Origin: Fimbriosthenelais zetlandica
Lineage: Eukaryota
Assembly: GCA_977030845.1 (NCBI GenBank)
Contig: OZ365116.1
Coordinates: forward strand, 16,492,001 to 16,556,000
Direction of reading: 5' to 3'
DNA length: 64,000 nt
In this document: positions 51,914-63,800 of the stretch, piece after piece
How the letters are laid out: every line of letters begins with the position of its first letter
Numbering within the stretch: the first letter of the stretch is position 1
Translations under genes and position numbers: made by a program
The notes under the pieces: generated by a model
Told to the model about the DNA's origin: nothing
Database searches by the model: none
What the model saw: the letters and a program-made list of their open reading frames with translations, nothing else

Positions 51914-53049
51914 TTCCCTCCTGCGCCTATTAATTCAGGGGTCAGCTGCATTGTGGTCTTGCAACATGAAGCATGCTATAGTTAATCTGTGGCCGGTGTA
52001 CTGGTGTACGGGGCTGGTAGCAGAGTGAGCGACGCTTGCATGATGAGATACGTTTGTGTCATACAGATGAGAGACACTGGTGAGACGAGGGTCAGGAGTG
52101 TGTCGCTAATAGTGATTGAATTATAGCCAAGATATATACAGCTTATTCTTACCCCACCATTTACTTACACGTGGTGTTTCATTATAGATTGTCTAATAAT
52201 CTATCTGAAGCTTGAGGCAGTTTGACAACTTTTAAATGACCTCTAGCATGGACCAAATTGCCATGGTTGCTGGGGAATTTCCCATGATTTAAAATTTAAT
52301 AATGTATTAAAATCTAAAAGTATTTGAGGGTGAATTTAGGACACGTGTAGGACAGGTGAAATTCAGGTAAGGAGGTTTAAGGCTTCATTAGGTATTAGTG
52401 CAAGCTTTGATCAAGCAATTTAAAGGTAACGGAATAGCGTGTGCTTTCCTTCATTCTGCCAAATAAAAAGCTCAGGTTTGGACAGGATAGTTAGACTCGC
52501 ATGACGTCACGAACACATCACGTGCTGATCATGTGAGGGAGAATTGACAAACTTTGGATATCTTTCCCGTTTCATTCATGAGCTCAAAAACCCAAGGTGG
52601 AGATGATTGATTTGGACCATAGGCCTTTGGTCTTTATACTCATAGTGTACCTTGAATCAAAATACAAATTCTCCAGCAATCTTATTAGAATCTTATGTAG
52701 ACCTGGGGTTGAAGATGTTTCACTAACTGTAACATTTTAAAACTAGGTAAAACAAATTGTTTTAATGACCTGCAAGATTTTGGGTACGATTATAGATAGT
52801 CTTTAATTAAGACATATTCACAGAATAATATTCAATCATGACATTATTCAGAATCAAATTGGATCCAATGTTCCATCAATGGACCACTGTAAAAATCCAG
52901 CCCACTGTCTTTTTATAGCAGACTCATTGAGCCCATAAACGGTTGAAACTTTTTCCTTCACCAGTTAATATTTTACAATTGCGTTCCCTCCTCCCCTACA
53001 AAGCAAGGTTAATGAAATACCCACCGCTCCTTCAGTCTACCACAAAAGG

Positions 53050-53150
53050 CAGTTCAGCCATCTTTTGTCTTATTTACTTCAGTTGTGGAAGACTTTTTTT
53101 CTACGTCGGCCATGTCCCATTGAAAAGCTGTAGTGATAAATATCTTTAGC
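53050..53150 (+). mobile_element. Penelope-like GIY-YIG fossil
   Basis: AIFCLIYFSCGRLFFYVGHVPLK (~VIY.L.CPCG..YVG.T.R.LK). Confidence 0.55.
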
Positions 53151-55669
53151 CATCCATTGGCAGGGCCTGGAATAGGCGATGAAAGCTCTATTGTAGACCT
53201 GATTAGATCAATGGTCGCCTAGAGTCTGAATGCAGGAAAGTCTTTATACCATTGATCCACCGAAGTCTTGGCAGTATACGACAATCTCCAGCCTTGAGAT
53301 TTCCCTCTCAAAGATGTCTTAAGAGCATCTTAACAGGAGATATTTTTAAAAGTTGCATAAAAACCTGTCAACTTCCTTGTTTTGAGTGGGGTTAAGGGTG
53401 CATTGTATGTTAAGACCTAAGTGGGTCTATAGTCTTAGTGGAGAGTGGCTTCCTCTGGTAGTGGCTTCCACGCAGCTCCATTCCTCATCACATGGCTTCC
53501 CCATCTTGCCATCCACAGAATGTTTCATGACAGAACTCATTCGCCTGCAAAATTGCATTGTCCTACGTAGTACCTACGTGGCTATGGCAATCTAATGGGG
53601 ACGCTTTGTTGTCGAGCATAATGAATCGGCCCTCCCTGCTGAGCGACTCGCCCCACAAACCACCGACTCTCAACACCCTCCTTCAGCCATGTAACCAAGC
53701 CAACTAATTGGCAACTTGATGATTTGTCATCGTTCTTCTAACGAGTGCTAATGTTTTCATAGAATACTCATTGATTTCTACTCCGCCCAGCCCAGCATCC
53801 AAGGCTGTTTCTATAATAGAGAACGACTGGCACGAATTGCCATGGACACACACACATATTCACCCATAATGTCATGTGTGAATGTCTCTCATAGTATCTA
53901 TGATAATCAACCTAATAGTCTAATAAAGACAGCCTACAGCTATTGCCTTTGTCAATGCCTTTTGTGAAAACATAGAAAGCAATCAGAAATGAATAGGGAA
54001 AGCTCACCGCTTAATTTCATATTGCTGTGTTAGTCAAGCTAGAGAATGATCGCAGCGCTCTGAAAGGACAAATATTTGCTTCTTGTTTTTTTCTAATGTT
54101 TAAATTCCCCACCGCAAATCACAACTGTTAATGGGGCTTAAATGATCGAAGCCATGTAAGAGGATACTTTCTATAGTTTAATATTGAACCTATTAGGTCT
54201 TTAGAGAATAAAGTAGACACAAAATGCACAAAAAATCAGTTAGAAAATCGCCTACCATAGATCCTGCCTAAAAGAATCAACCCCCATCTTTCCTTCTTTT
54301 AAGAAGATACCAGCCAAAAAGTGAATAAAAGGGACATTGACAGGCACTTTAAACTGGCATGTTTTTAGTGGATTTTAAACACACCTGAGTTGGTGGTGGG
54401 TGGATTGCTGGAAGGCAGGATGTCAGGGACAAGCCTCCCTCTATTTAATCCCTTCATTGGGTGGATGGTGCATAGAGGAAAAAAGGGACTCTGTCTATAA
54501 AATTATTGCTCGGGGAGGTATATAGCGCCTAGCAGGAGCACGAGACAGGTCTTCCTTCTCCTCTTCCTCCCCTTCCTTCCCCTCCTCCAGCCAGCCTGCC
54601 TGTTGCATGATCCTCCCCACCAATACATTAAACAAGTAGGCCAACAATGATAAACTAATGTTTCCGAGGGGATCCAACCCCCAGCTCACGGCAAGAGGCC
54701 ATTGATATTCTTGATTATATGAAGGCAAAATGAGTCTAAAAGCTTCCAGTATGATGGGCAGTCCTGAATATCAACTCTTATTTGCATGAATGATCCAAAG
54801 CAACACTGTCTCATACGAACAGTCAATTCAGTGTGGGTCTTATATACAGATTTAGACCTGACAACCCCCTCATTCCACCTCCATGGACACCAGTCTCCCC
54901 GTCTATAGTACTGATTGCCATGGGATTACTCTAAGCTAATGCCTCCCTGTGAATTTAAATTAAAAAAATGATTAGAAATTCAGTTAATTATAAGCAATGA
55001 TGAACTAAATGTAGCCACTTCCCGACCCTATCTGACCCACCCTTGGTAACAAGTCTGGGAAAGATTGATTACAAATCCAGGCCGTTTACGTCTATAATAA
55101 ATACCAGACTTGGATTAGGTGTGCCCCGGTCTCACGCCTCAGAAAGAAATGATGGATTACTTTGTCTATTAAGTAAAAACCTCATTACCTCTCTTGATGG
55201 ATTTTATTCGTCCTCTCACTATCTTAAACACTGAATCTCTTCCTTAGAAACACACTCTTAGTAAATAGGTGTTTTTAAAAGAGACGTGTTATATATCTTA
55301 CATTTTAGAAAGTTTTCAGAGACAGAATTGGAAACTTAAACTTTAAACAAGTTTGTTTCCGTGAAGTTTGATATCCTGTTCAATTTTAAATGATACATGT
55401 TTCAGTAATATAGCTCAGAATGTGATAGCTGAATTAGATATGTCATGATCTTCCACTGAGACTCTTTGTAATATGTGCACCGTCTGTGCAACTGATATAT
55501 TGTGGATGCATTACATACATCTATTTGAATCAATCAAGTCTCACTTTTTTGAGAGTGTGTCTTTGCTAGTTTGGAAGAAGGGATCTTTGACTTTCCACTC
55601 GCTAGAAGACTAAATTAGGTCACACTCGATTGTCACCATGTCGCCAGCGGATTGATTACCTTACCGCGT

Positions 55670-55730
55670 ATGAATACAGAAATAGGGAACTATTTATCTT
55701 CATAATCCATGTCCATACGCCCAGAAAAAA
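55670..55730 (+). mobile_element. Possible Penelope GIY-YIG C-terminus
   Basis: RNRELFIFIIHVHTP (~L.RE..WI..L.T..P). Confidence 0.25.
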
Positions 55731-56649
55731 GTGCTTTCTAACTGCATCTCATTTATCTCGGGAAGGAAAGGCATTCATCTGGGTGGCTCGGCAGAAATTC
55801 ATCAGGTCCTGCGGAGATGGGTCTATAAATATAATCACAGGACTAGCTATATCTTCCCATTACTGTCCATCTTTGATTTACAACTACTGGAAAGATGTGT
55901 ATGAATGTTCCCTGCCCCTGCATAAGAAAACTATGTATTGCAGAGGATGGTAACTTAGGAGGAAAGTTTTAAGGTTATATTCCATGATGAACTACTGAGT
56001 TCCCTGAGTCATGGTTTTAGAATCTAATAATCTTATACTATAATAGATAATGGTCCAGTATTTATGCTGATTTAACATCATGATCATCCAACAGCAGTAT
56101 CCTGGAGATGATATACAGTTATCTTATTAATTTAGACTTTAGTCAAAATCATGAAATGTTTGAGAAGTGTCTGTTCAGTAGTTAAGACATCTATAGGTTG
56201 AGTAAGTACTGTCAGTGGTATGTCCATGAACTGGTGGCAGCTACTGACAGCACGGCATCATCGCCTTGTACAGTCATCCACCGATAATTGACAAGGTCTC
56301 CCAGAAGAAAATAAGAAAGAAAAAGTCCAGAGAAAAGCTCTCAAATGTGACAGTTAACAAATGCTGGGAGGTGGCAGAGCCATCGGTTTAGGCAGGGTTA
56401 TTGACGCTACAGAAGCCGGTGGTAAATTGAGAGACGTCTCCATGGCAGACGCTGCTCGAACTCTGTCAAACAAGATGAAAAGTGGGAATCATGGAATAGG
56501 TTTCCTTCTGATGACTCCCTGACCTCACCAGTCCTCACTGACAGCACTGTATCTGCTCCTCTCCCGACTCCCTTGATAAGTTTGGGCTAAAGTTATTTTT
56601 TTGTTCTTCCTTGAAAATCTGAAGTTATTTTTTCATATCCCCCGCTCCA

Positions 56650-56810
56650 CTTATCAATGTTGCCATTTAGGATTGCTGATGTTCCTGGAATCATATTGTT
56701 GAACATATTTCCTCAGTTCATCAAGGAGCATACAAATTGTCCAGGGCATGAGGGAGGCAGGTGTCCCCCCTGTGGGGTGCAGTCAGGATATAGCTTTCTC
56801 TGTGAAGTAT
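56650..56810 (-). mobile_element. Penelope-like GIY-YIG fossil
   Basis: YIL.C.P followed by ...RNISN (~Y.L.CP...EH.RNI.N). Confidence 0.3.
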
Positions 56811-57649
56811 TTCTCATTTCTCTGGGTAAATTGGGTGCAACATTATCTCATTAATTGAATAAAATTTGTGCCCGCTCAACATGCCCAACGTAAAGGGCTT
56901 TTAAGGTATCATTAGTCACTGTTCACTTTACACATGATGAATTTCAGACAGGTAAATGGACGCATCTTCTTGGGTAACACATTGATATGACTAGTCCTCA
57001 GTATCCTCTCCAGGGATTCCAATATTTCCTTGTGTTCATAACATGTTACCATAACCCCCAGTATAATGTGTTATTAATACTTATAATTGGAAAGTAGGGA
57101 AGGAATATTTGTAGGAAAGGAATATTATGACTATAGGTTTGAACCCATCTTGGCTCGCTGGCGTTACTCATTTTCTCTGGCACATCTTATTGCTCACATG
57201 CAAAGGTCAAATTCAATCCTTCCCCGGCGTGTACCATCCTGTATATGACAAAACCCGGGTGTGTATAACAGCCCACGTTGAGGTTCTGTGTGTGTTGAGA
57301 ACAGCTGGGAGGCTATTTAAAGCTACCAGCAAAACATCCCCTACAACAACCAGCTTCTTCTCTGTGTAGACAGACTGTCTTCTCCCACGTTTTTTCCCCT
57401 CTTGACATCTCAGCTTAATAAAGCTCAGATCTAGGCTTTAGATACATTAAATGGGCATTAGACAGCCCACGACTCAGTAGGTATGTTCATATTGCCAAGG
57501 ACCTGTGGTTCTGCGGTGGTGAGGTAGTGTATTAATGAATGAATCAGAACCGTTTTGAGAATGATGGGCATTCTGTGGCAGACATTTAATAATTCACATG
57601 GTCAGTTATGTTCCCACCCAATATCCATACCTCAAGAGAGTTCTCACAG

Positions 57650-58030
57650 CAAAGGATCGCTCTGTTACACCTCTTAATACCTCCACTCTCTGTCCTCCCC
57701 TTCTGCCTCCTCTTCATGGCCAAATTCTCCCCCTTTCCGTTGCTGCTGCTCTTTCTACTCTTCTTACGTTAAAGAACTCCCCACCGGCCTACTCTTCACC
57801 CTTTCTTCTCATACGCAACCAAGCTTCTTCTGTTCACAACTCCAACCAACCCATGATAGCCTGAGGCAAACCCCTTTACCACTCCACCCTCATGGCCAAA
57901 CTTGAGCCAAACCCATATAAAAGATTTACCTCACTTCCTCCGCACCCCAAGCCAAGCCCATATTAAACATTCACACCTCCCACCTCCCTCATGTCAACCC
58001 CACAGCTCACATCTATCCCTCGGTTCTGCA
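57650..58030 (+). repeat. C-rich/pyrimidine-rich low-complexity region with degenerate internal repeats
   Basis: C/T-rich; tcatggccaaa at 57714 and 57890; gccaaacccatat / gccaagcccatat at ~57906 and ~57951. Confidence 0.45.
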
Positions 58031-58332
58031 TGATACAACACTAGCCTACATAGTGGGGCTTCACCCATTAAGGCTACAGTACTATAATCCAGTTTTAAGC
58101 TATAGATCCACACTGATCTCACGAGATCTGGACAACTCATGAAATGTCCCATCAAACTGTATTTTCAAAGGATCTGTTCTATTTCATGGCATCTAGCCTT
58201 ATCGGTCCCATAAGACCTCTTTGAAAACTGGAGAGATTTTACGAGCTGCGCTTCACTCTTGAGACATCAGAAGGTCCCTTTGCACTTTTATAAATCTGAA
58301 AAAAAAAATGAAAAAAATCGTTCTTTTAAGTC

Positions 58333-58560
58333 ATGGAATTAAAGGAAAATGCCATAGTGTATTCCTGGCACCAACAAGAATATTTGTATGAGTGGGGGAA
58401 GCATCACGGCAGTATAGTAACCATTTTCCCACTTGGCTGCCCCCAATCTAACCCTCGGCCGTCTTATTTTGGTGGATTAGACGCGGCCGGGAATGGACAG
58501 ACACGATTGAGTCGCTCAGATTGTATTTGTTTAAGGTCTTGTCATAAAAAAGCCTTCTGA
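58333..58560 (+). mobile_element. Tc1-type transposase C-terminal fossil
   Basis: EWGKHHG.IVTIFPLGCPQSNP..YFGGL (~EW...H.I..L.WP.QSPDLNPIE..W..L). Confidence 0.4.
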
Positions 58561-58885
58561 TAGGTCGTGAACAATTCTGCTATATTCACATGAGGCATGT
58601 ATACACAGGCGAAATACTTAAAGAGTAGTGCAGAACAGAACAGATAAAACGCGTGGGTAGGGTGTGACTGTGAGGCAGTATGGTTTCATGTATCACCAAT
58701 GCTGGATTGATTCCACTCAATGACCCTACACATAATTAACATGTACAGATCAATTAGAAATGAAATCAATACTAGACTCGCATGGTTTAGCTTAATCTGC
58801 CATTACAAACGAGGATAATAAATTATGAATATATACATAGATATTGATCTGTATAATCCCCTGAATTATCTTTATCCCCATCTCT

Positions 58886-59134
58886 TCACACCTGGGCCAT
58901 GTTCCCAACGATTAGCACGCACGTGGTGCACTTAGACCATGGATCCACTGCGATGATGTTACCTCTGATAATATTATAATAATGTAAGAGCTGGCCATGT
59001 TCTGTCTTCCTTGAATCCTCCCTTGCTTTTCCTAAGGGACGTCTCAAGTTCTCTGCTATTATGTTGTTAAGACAGTGTGTCCATAATTTAGTAGCTTCAT
59101 CAAGGTCTTCTGCATTAGACTCGAACATATACAC
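58886..59134 (-). mobile_element. Penelope-like thumb/linker fossil
   Basis: FESNAEDL...LGKAREDSR...YNIIRGNIIAVDP (~F..QA..L...KA....R...YN.I....IL..DP). Confidence 0.5.
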
Positions 59135-59753
59135 TCACATGTCATAATATGCTAGGATGACAAATGATTCGTTACGTGTAAGTCTTGACGTATATGAGGA
59201 GGATGAAGGCCTGGGTCTGACTGTCGCTTTGTATTGATCACGTAGCGATTTTCTCATTACCTGTATGCCGACACGGCGATGTACGCTCACGAGACTTGCA
59301 TTAAGGTCCAGGGACCTGTTTCATAATAAGTTTATGAAGAGAGCATACCTCTCCTACTAGATAGGTTCCAGATGCACTCCGGGCGTAACAGCTTAGGTGG
59401 GCCATTAAGGTATCCATATATAGGCAGGCCAGGACTGCCTTGGTCATGCATACACAAGTCTTTGACTTGACCTCAAAGCAAAAGATTTTTGTCTCGCTTT
59501 AGAGTGTGTGTCATGACCTTTCTGGATTTTTTGGACCTCATTTCCAGTATTTTTGTTTCTCATGAAACATGCCCCTTGGGTAGGCAATGGGCTGTCTGTG
59601 AAAGATTGATTATATGAATACAGGTCTTTCTCTGATCTGGTGAATGCGTGGGATCTGCGCCAAGTGTTAGGTTACTGTTCCCCTACCATAAACCAGGCTT
59701 CTTGTCCAGCCGGGGTTATTTGGTGAGAAAAGTCATCTGCAGTGGACAGCTTT

Positions 59754-59812
59754 GGGTTTGAACCACCAACCTCCTGATCCTGGCTGGTTCTCTAACCAAT
59801 GTAGAGCCAGCA
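59754..59812 (-). mobile_element. tRNA-derived SINE head (decayed)
   Basis: Minus strand TGGCTCTACATTGGTTAGAG...GGAGGTTGGTGGTTCAAACCC. Confidence 0.55.
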
Positions 59813-60849
59813 TTCCTTTGTGTGTAGATGCCTTATAAAATTTCATTTCAATGCTAGTATTTCTGCTAGCCAGCCTGAGCCAACTGTGCAATCAGAAATT
59901 GCCCATTTTCCATTTCCTAGCAAACTCTTTTTTGGTTCCCATTTGTATTCCATCTGCTTTGGGTGGTATCGATTTAAAGTGGCCACGGCAGGCATTATAC
60001 GCCCCGATATTCCCATTGTAGCAGCTTGCCCAGCCGTAAGATTCAATAAAGGAAATGAAACTAGGCAGAAAGTGGAAGAGAGAGATGTGGGTAAATGGAC
60101 ATCTATCTTTCAACTTCACTCATGTGAAACTGTTCCTACTTATTTGATGTAATTTTACACTTCAAACGCAAGCACATACCTCGCGGTGGGCGCAAGTTGA
60201 TCTTAAAGAATATTTAATTTGTTTTGCAAGAATAGAACTTATCCAAGTGTCCCCTCTTTATGTAAATAAGAGTTCTCAAACTTTAGCTTCATATATATGA
60301 TAAATAAGTCATTTTACAAATTGTCTTGAAAATCCACTATTCATGGGAATGTGAAGGGATAGTATTGAAGTGCCAGAGACTTTAGACTGTCTTAGTTTCT
60401 TGCCCATGAAAGCATCACCTCCCAATTTCATTACCGTATTTAGAATGGAGAATAAATGTCTGTTTCCATGGAAACAGACTTCTGACATCGCAAACAACTG
60501 TGATCCGTCAAGACTTTGTTTTAAAAATTCCCCACAGCCATCGCCTCACGTTGAATACATATCTGCCCCGGTGACTTAAACAGCACCACTTTAAATGCTA
60601 AAAAGGCAGAGAAGGAAAATGGTCTTTCTTTGGGTGACATAATGGTGACAGATTGGCATAAATAAAAGGTTGAATCGAAGGGTATCCATCAAATAGTATT
60701 TCTGTTTAGGGCTTGATTTGCAGCATTTGTATTGATTTATTTGTCATTGATTTAAGGGGCTGGGGATGTCAGGTCTGGTGTTATATCACATTGGTATTTA
60801 TGGTCCACCGTATGTCTTCATTCATAGTCTTTCTTAGTTTAGATCCACT

Positions 60850-60925
60850 GACTTCTTAAGAGTGTACGACAGATTCTTATGATACATTCATGTTTGTCTT
60901 AAGTATTTAAGATGCCAATGAATAC
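60850..60925. mobile_element. TCTTAAG-rich remnant resembling a Harbinger-type element end
   Basis: ttcttaagag...gtcttaagtatttaagatgccaatgaatac (~CTTAAGATGC....TGAATAC). Recalled resemblance only. Confidence 0.3.
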
Positions 60926-61744
60926 ATAGTTTAAACCATTTATCCTGAGGAGCTGTGGTAAAGCTTGGTTATAGAGTCATCCCGTCCCTGTATCACGCAC
61001 CGGGCCGAGGCAAAGCATTCGTCAATGTCATTACAGCATCATGATCAATAGTTGGATCAAAATAACAAATAAATTATTGTTATGTTTGCCTTTCTCTCTA
61101 CATCCTTCTCTGTCACTTGATAATAAACATGTGGCTGGTCATTTATGTATTATTCTCTGATCAGGGTACAATCCAGCATGTGCCCCGATGACCAATTGCA
61201 TTGTGAACATGAAAACTAATACACTTTCTTTATTTTTTATTTTCCATGTCTATCTTTCTGATCTACTCAGGTAAGCCCAACTACTAATATAACTCATCTA
61301 GTCGTATCAAGTAATAATTAACTATGGTTTCCACTTTTCCTATGTTAAATACAATACAACAAAATCAATATTTCCGGGAAAGGCCACTGTGTTGGAGTGT
61401 GTGGCCTCCAATTGACCCTTTGTCACCTCTCGCTCCTTCCCTCACAAGGGACAGGGGGCTTAGGCGGAGAAAGAGCCCCCGGCAGAAGGTCATGTCAGCT
61501 AAGTCTACAAGATGGCATTCTCCTCAACCATGGCTCTAGTTAACTTTCTATAAATTTAATAAGATAAAAAATAGTAAAATGACAGGCAGGTTCCCAGGAG
61601 GTTTTTGACATTTGATAAGAAATATTCTGGGGGCAAAGAACCCAGGAAAATGCCCGACACCAGTTTGTCAGTCTCCCTATGTGCTATTTCAGAGCCAGGT
61701 GTCAGTTTCATTTTGGCAGGCAAGCAGGTCCTGAAAGAATTACA

Positions 61745-61782
61745 CGCAAAAGGGTTATAGGCACTAGGACGTAAAGGGTTAA
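61745..61782 (-). mobile_element. Possible piggyBac-type terminus (TTAA + CCCTTT)
   Basis: Minus strand TTAACCCTTTACGTCCTAGTGCCTATAACCCTTTTGC; no matching partner TIR found in the window. Confidence 0.3.
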
Positions 61783-62449
61783 AGTGATTGATTCCTGTAG
61801 TGGGTAGTTAGGGGCTGGCAATAGGGGGCCGTGTCATAAAAGCTGCCTAAATCTCACGGATCTAACAGAAAAAGGTCAGCTTCAATATTGGATGTAGCCT
61901 ATTGACCAAAAAATTCCTTTGAAAATAGGGGTGGATAATAGATATAGAATTGCCCTCTTACGCTTTATAATTATGACCCCAGTTATTGTAATGCCCATGC
62001 CCAAAATGCCCTTATTTCCTATAGAAGAAAGTTTTGTAACATGCCCCAGGTGAAGGGGGAATGTTTTGGCCTGCCAGTGTCACAGATACTTGAGATATGG
62101 GGGTGAAAGGAGGGAGGAGGGAAGGAGACAGGGGTAAACCATACCCTCCTCAGCCTCCCTACCCCTGCCACATTAATCGGTGCTAAATTGCCCCCCATTT
62201 TTTCTCTCAGTTTCTAGGCCATTATGGCGCCCCTTATTGGGTGGATGATAAATTATCCCTGTGCTGAGCATGGAGTGGGAGCAGTTGCAGTATATGTCTC
62301 TCTGCCCAGAGCTCAAGTGTCTCGCTGTTTTATATGAGGCCCTTTGAAAGTAGAATAAGAAAGGTGGGCAATTGCTGAAGATGTAGCAGCATTCCCCAAA
62401 AAAATATCTACAGCCAAAACAAATGAAATAAAATGGTAGATAAATCTGA

Positions 62450-62720
62450 AATTGACTTGCCACTCAAAGGAAAGTTGTATTCCATCTGATTTCAACCACA
62501 TGACGGATACAAATCTGAGCTCACTACTCAATCATACGGACCCAATGGAGATTATGCTCAATTGGCAAAATTGCTTAAAGTTGCCAAAAATTGTAGTGCT
62601 GGTCTACTTCAAACTAAGTCAGGTTCACTCATATCACATTTGTGGAATTGGAGACAGATTCTGTGAATTCTTCCATTCACTGCCTGCCTTCATCCACTTT
62701 GAGCCGACCAGGGGAAACAA
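62450..62720 (+). mobile_element. Penelope-like RT-thumb fossil
   Basis: MTDTNLSSLLNHT...LPKIV..FKLSQV...RFCE (~K.TD.NSLLH..S...IPK.QF.R...RF.E). Confidence 0.5.
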
Positions 62721-62820
62721 AGGAAAGCCTGAGAGAGACGAAAGGATTCCAAGATTTTTGGGGCATTGAAACCATTGGGAAGGGTGATTGTGTCGGTCGA
62801 TAGGAGAGGATATCTGGGCT

Positions 62821-63034
62821 GAGGGGTTTGTTGGGGATGGGAATGAGTGATTACCCCTGGGGCCGGGGTATGTGGAGGGGCAGAGATGGGGTACATAGAC
62901 ATGAGGTGGGGGTGGGGGAGGCAGAAAGACAGCCTGGGTTAGGTGTTGGTGAATGGGGGTACATATACCCAATGGTAGTGAGGATGGAGGATGAAGAAGA
63001 GGGGTGGGGACGAGGGGCTCGGGAGGGGGATGGG
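62821..63034 (+). other. G-rich tract with canonical G-quadruplex motif
   Basis: 63001-63034 GGGG-T-GGGG-ACGA-GGGG-CTC-GGG-A-GGGGG-AT-GGG (six G-runs, loops 1-4 nt); further G-runs at 62822-62938. Confidence 0.6.
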
Positions 63035-63180
63035 TTGCATGGATTTACCTCATGATGGATGGATAGCCGTAGAAAGGTTATTTTCCAAGCTATAGCATCC
63101 TGTGACATGCTGAATGGAATAAACATACCACTGTTTGTGCAATCATTGGGCGGGACCAGGCCATACATATACTGTAAGAT

Positions 63181-63230
63181 GTAGTTAGAACCTCAGCGTC
63201 CCCTCTCTGAGGTTATGGGTTGAATCCTAC
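63181..63230 (+). mobile_element. tRNA-derived SINE head (decayed)
   Basis: GTAGTTAGAACC...GAGGTTATGGGTTGAATCC (B-box missing one C). Confidence 0.4.
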
Positions 63231-63659
63231 TCTTTCTGACCAGGCAGTTTGCCCCGGGCCCTCCATTACATTGACTGCATCTGCAGCTAAAAGAGGGCTC
63301 TATACAATATCATGGACGTGTAAACCATTTTTTAAATGGTCTGTAAAACCGCTATGACATATTAGTCCAAAATATGTGGCCTTTCAAGGCAATAAATAAT
63401 AGATATTTTATTCAAACCTCAATGGAATATCTCTCCATACAGAGGGAGCTTGGAGGTGACAGTATTTAGGATTGATTTTGATAAGACAACACTCCATCCA
63501 TCTTGTATTCACTTGGGATCTCCAATAGTTGCACCTTACAGTCCCCACTCCAATCTCCCCATACAGACATTATTACAGCTATTTTAAACTGGGGATCAAT
63601 AGGCCCTGAAATTGAGAGGCTATAGTGTATAGCTGAATGTCCAAAAAATCATAAACGGG

Positions 63660-63800
63660 GATTGCTTAAATTAATTCTTTTGAAGAGTGGTTCATGGTTC
63701 AGACGATCCGTGTTTGGAGGTCTCCTTTTAATCTTTCGTCTCTCCAGCACTTTTTCTTCAAAGGCTAATTTTCACTATTCAGGACTCTTAAATAATATTC
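63660..63800 (-). mobile_element. Penelope-like GIY-YIG fossil
   Basis: Minus strand aggagacctccaaacacggatcgtctgaaccat (~RPLKTRI.EH). Confidence 0.4.

Noticed and set aside
52016-52026. TGGTAGCAGAG, complementary to the vertebrate tRNA-iMet 3' end
   Set aside because: It is only 11 nt, is not preceded by an LTR-terminal CA, and has no LTR or gag signal nearby.
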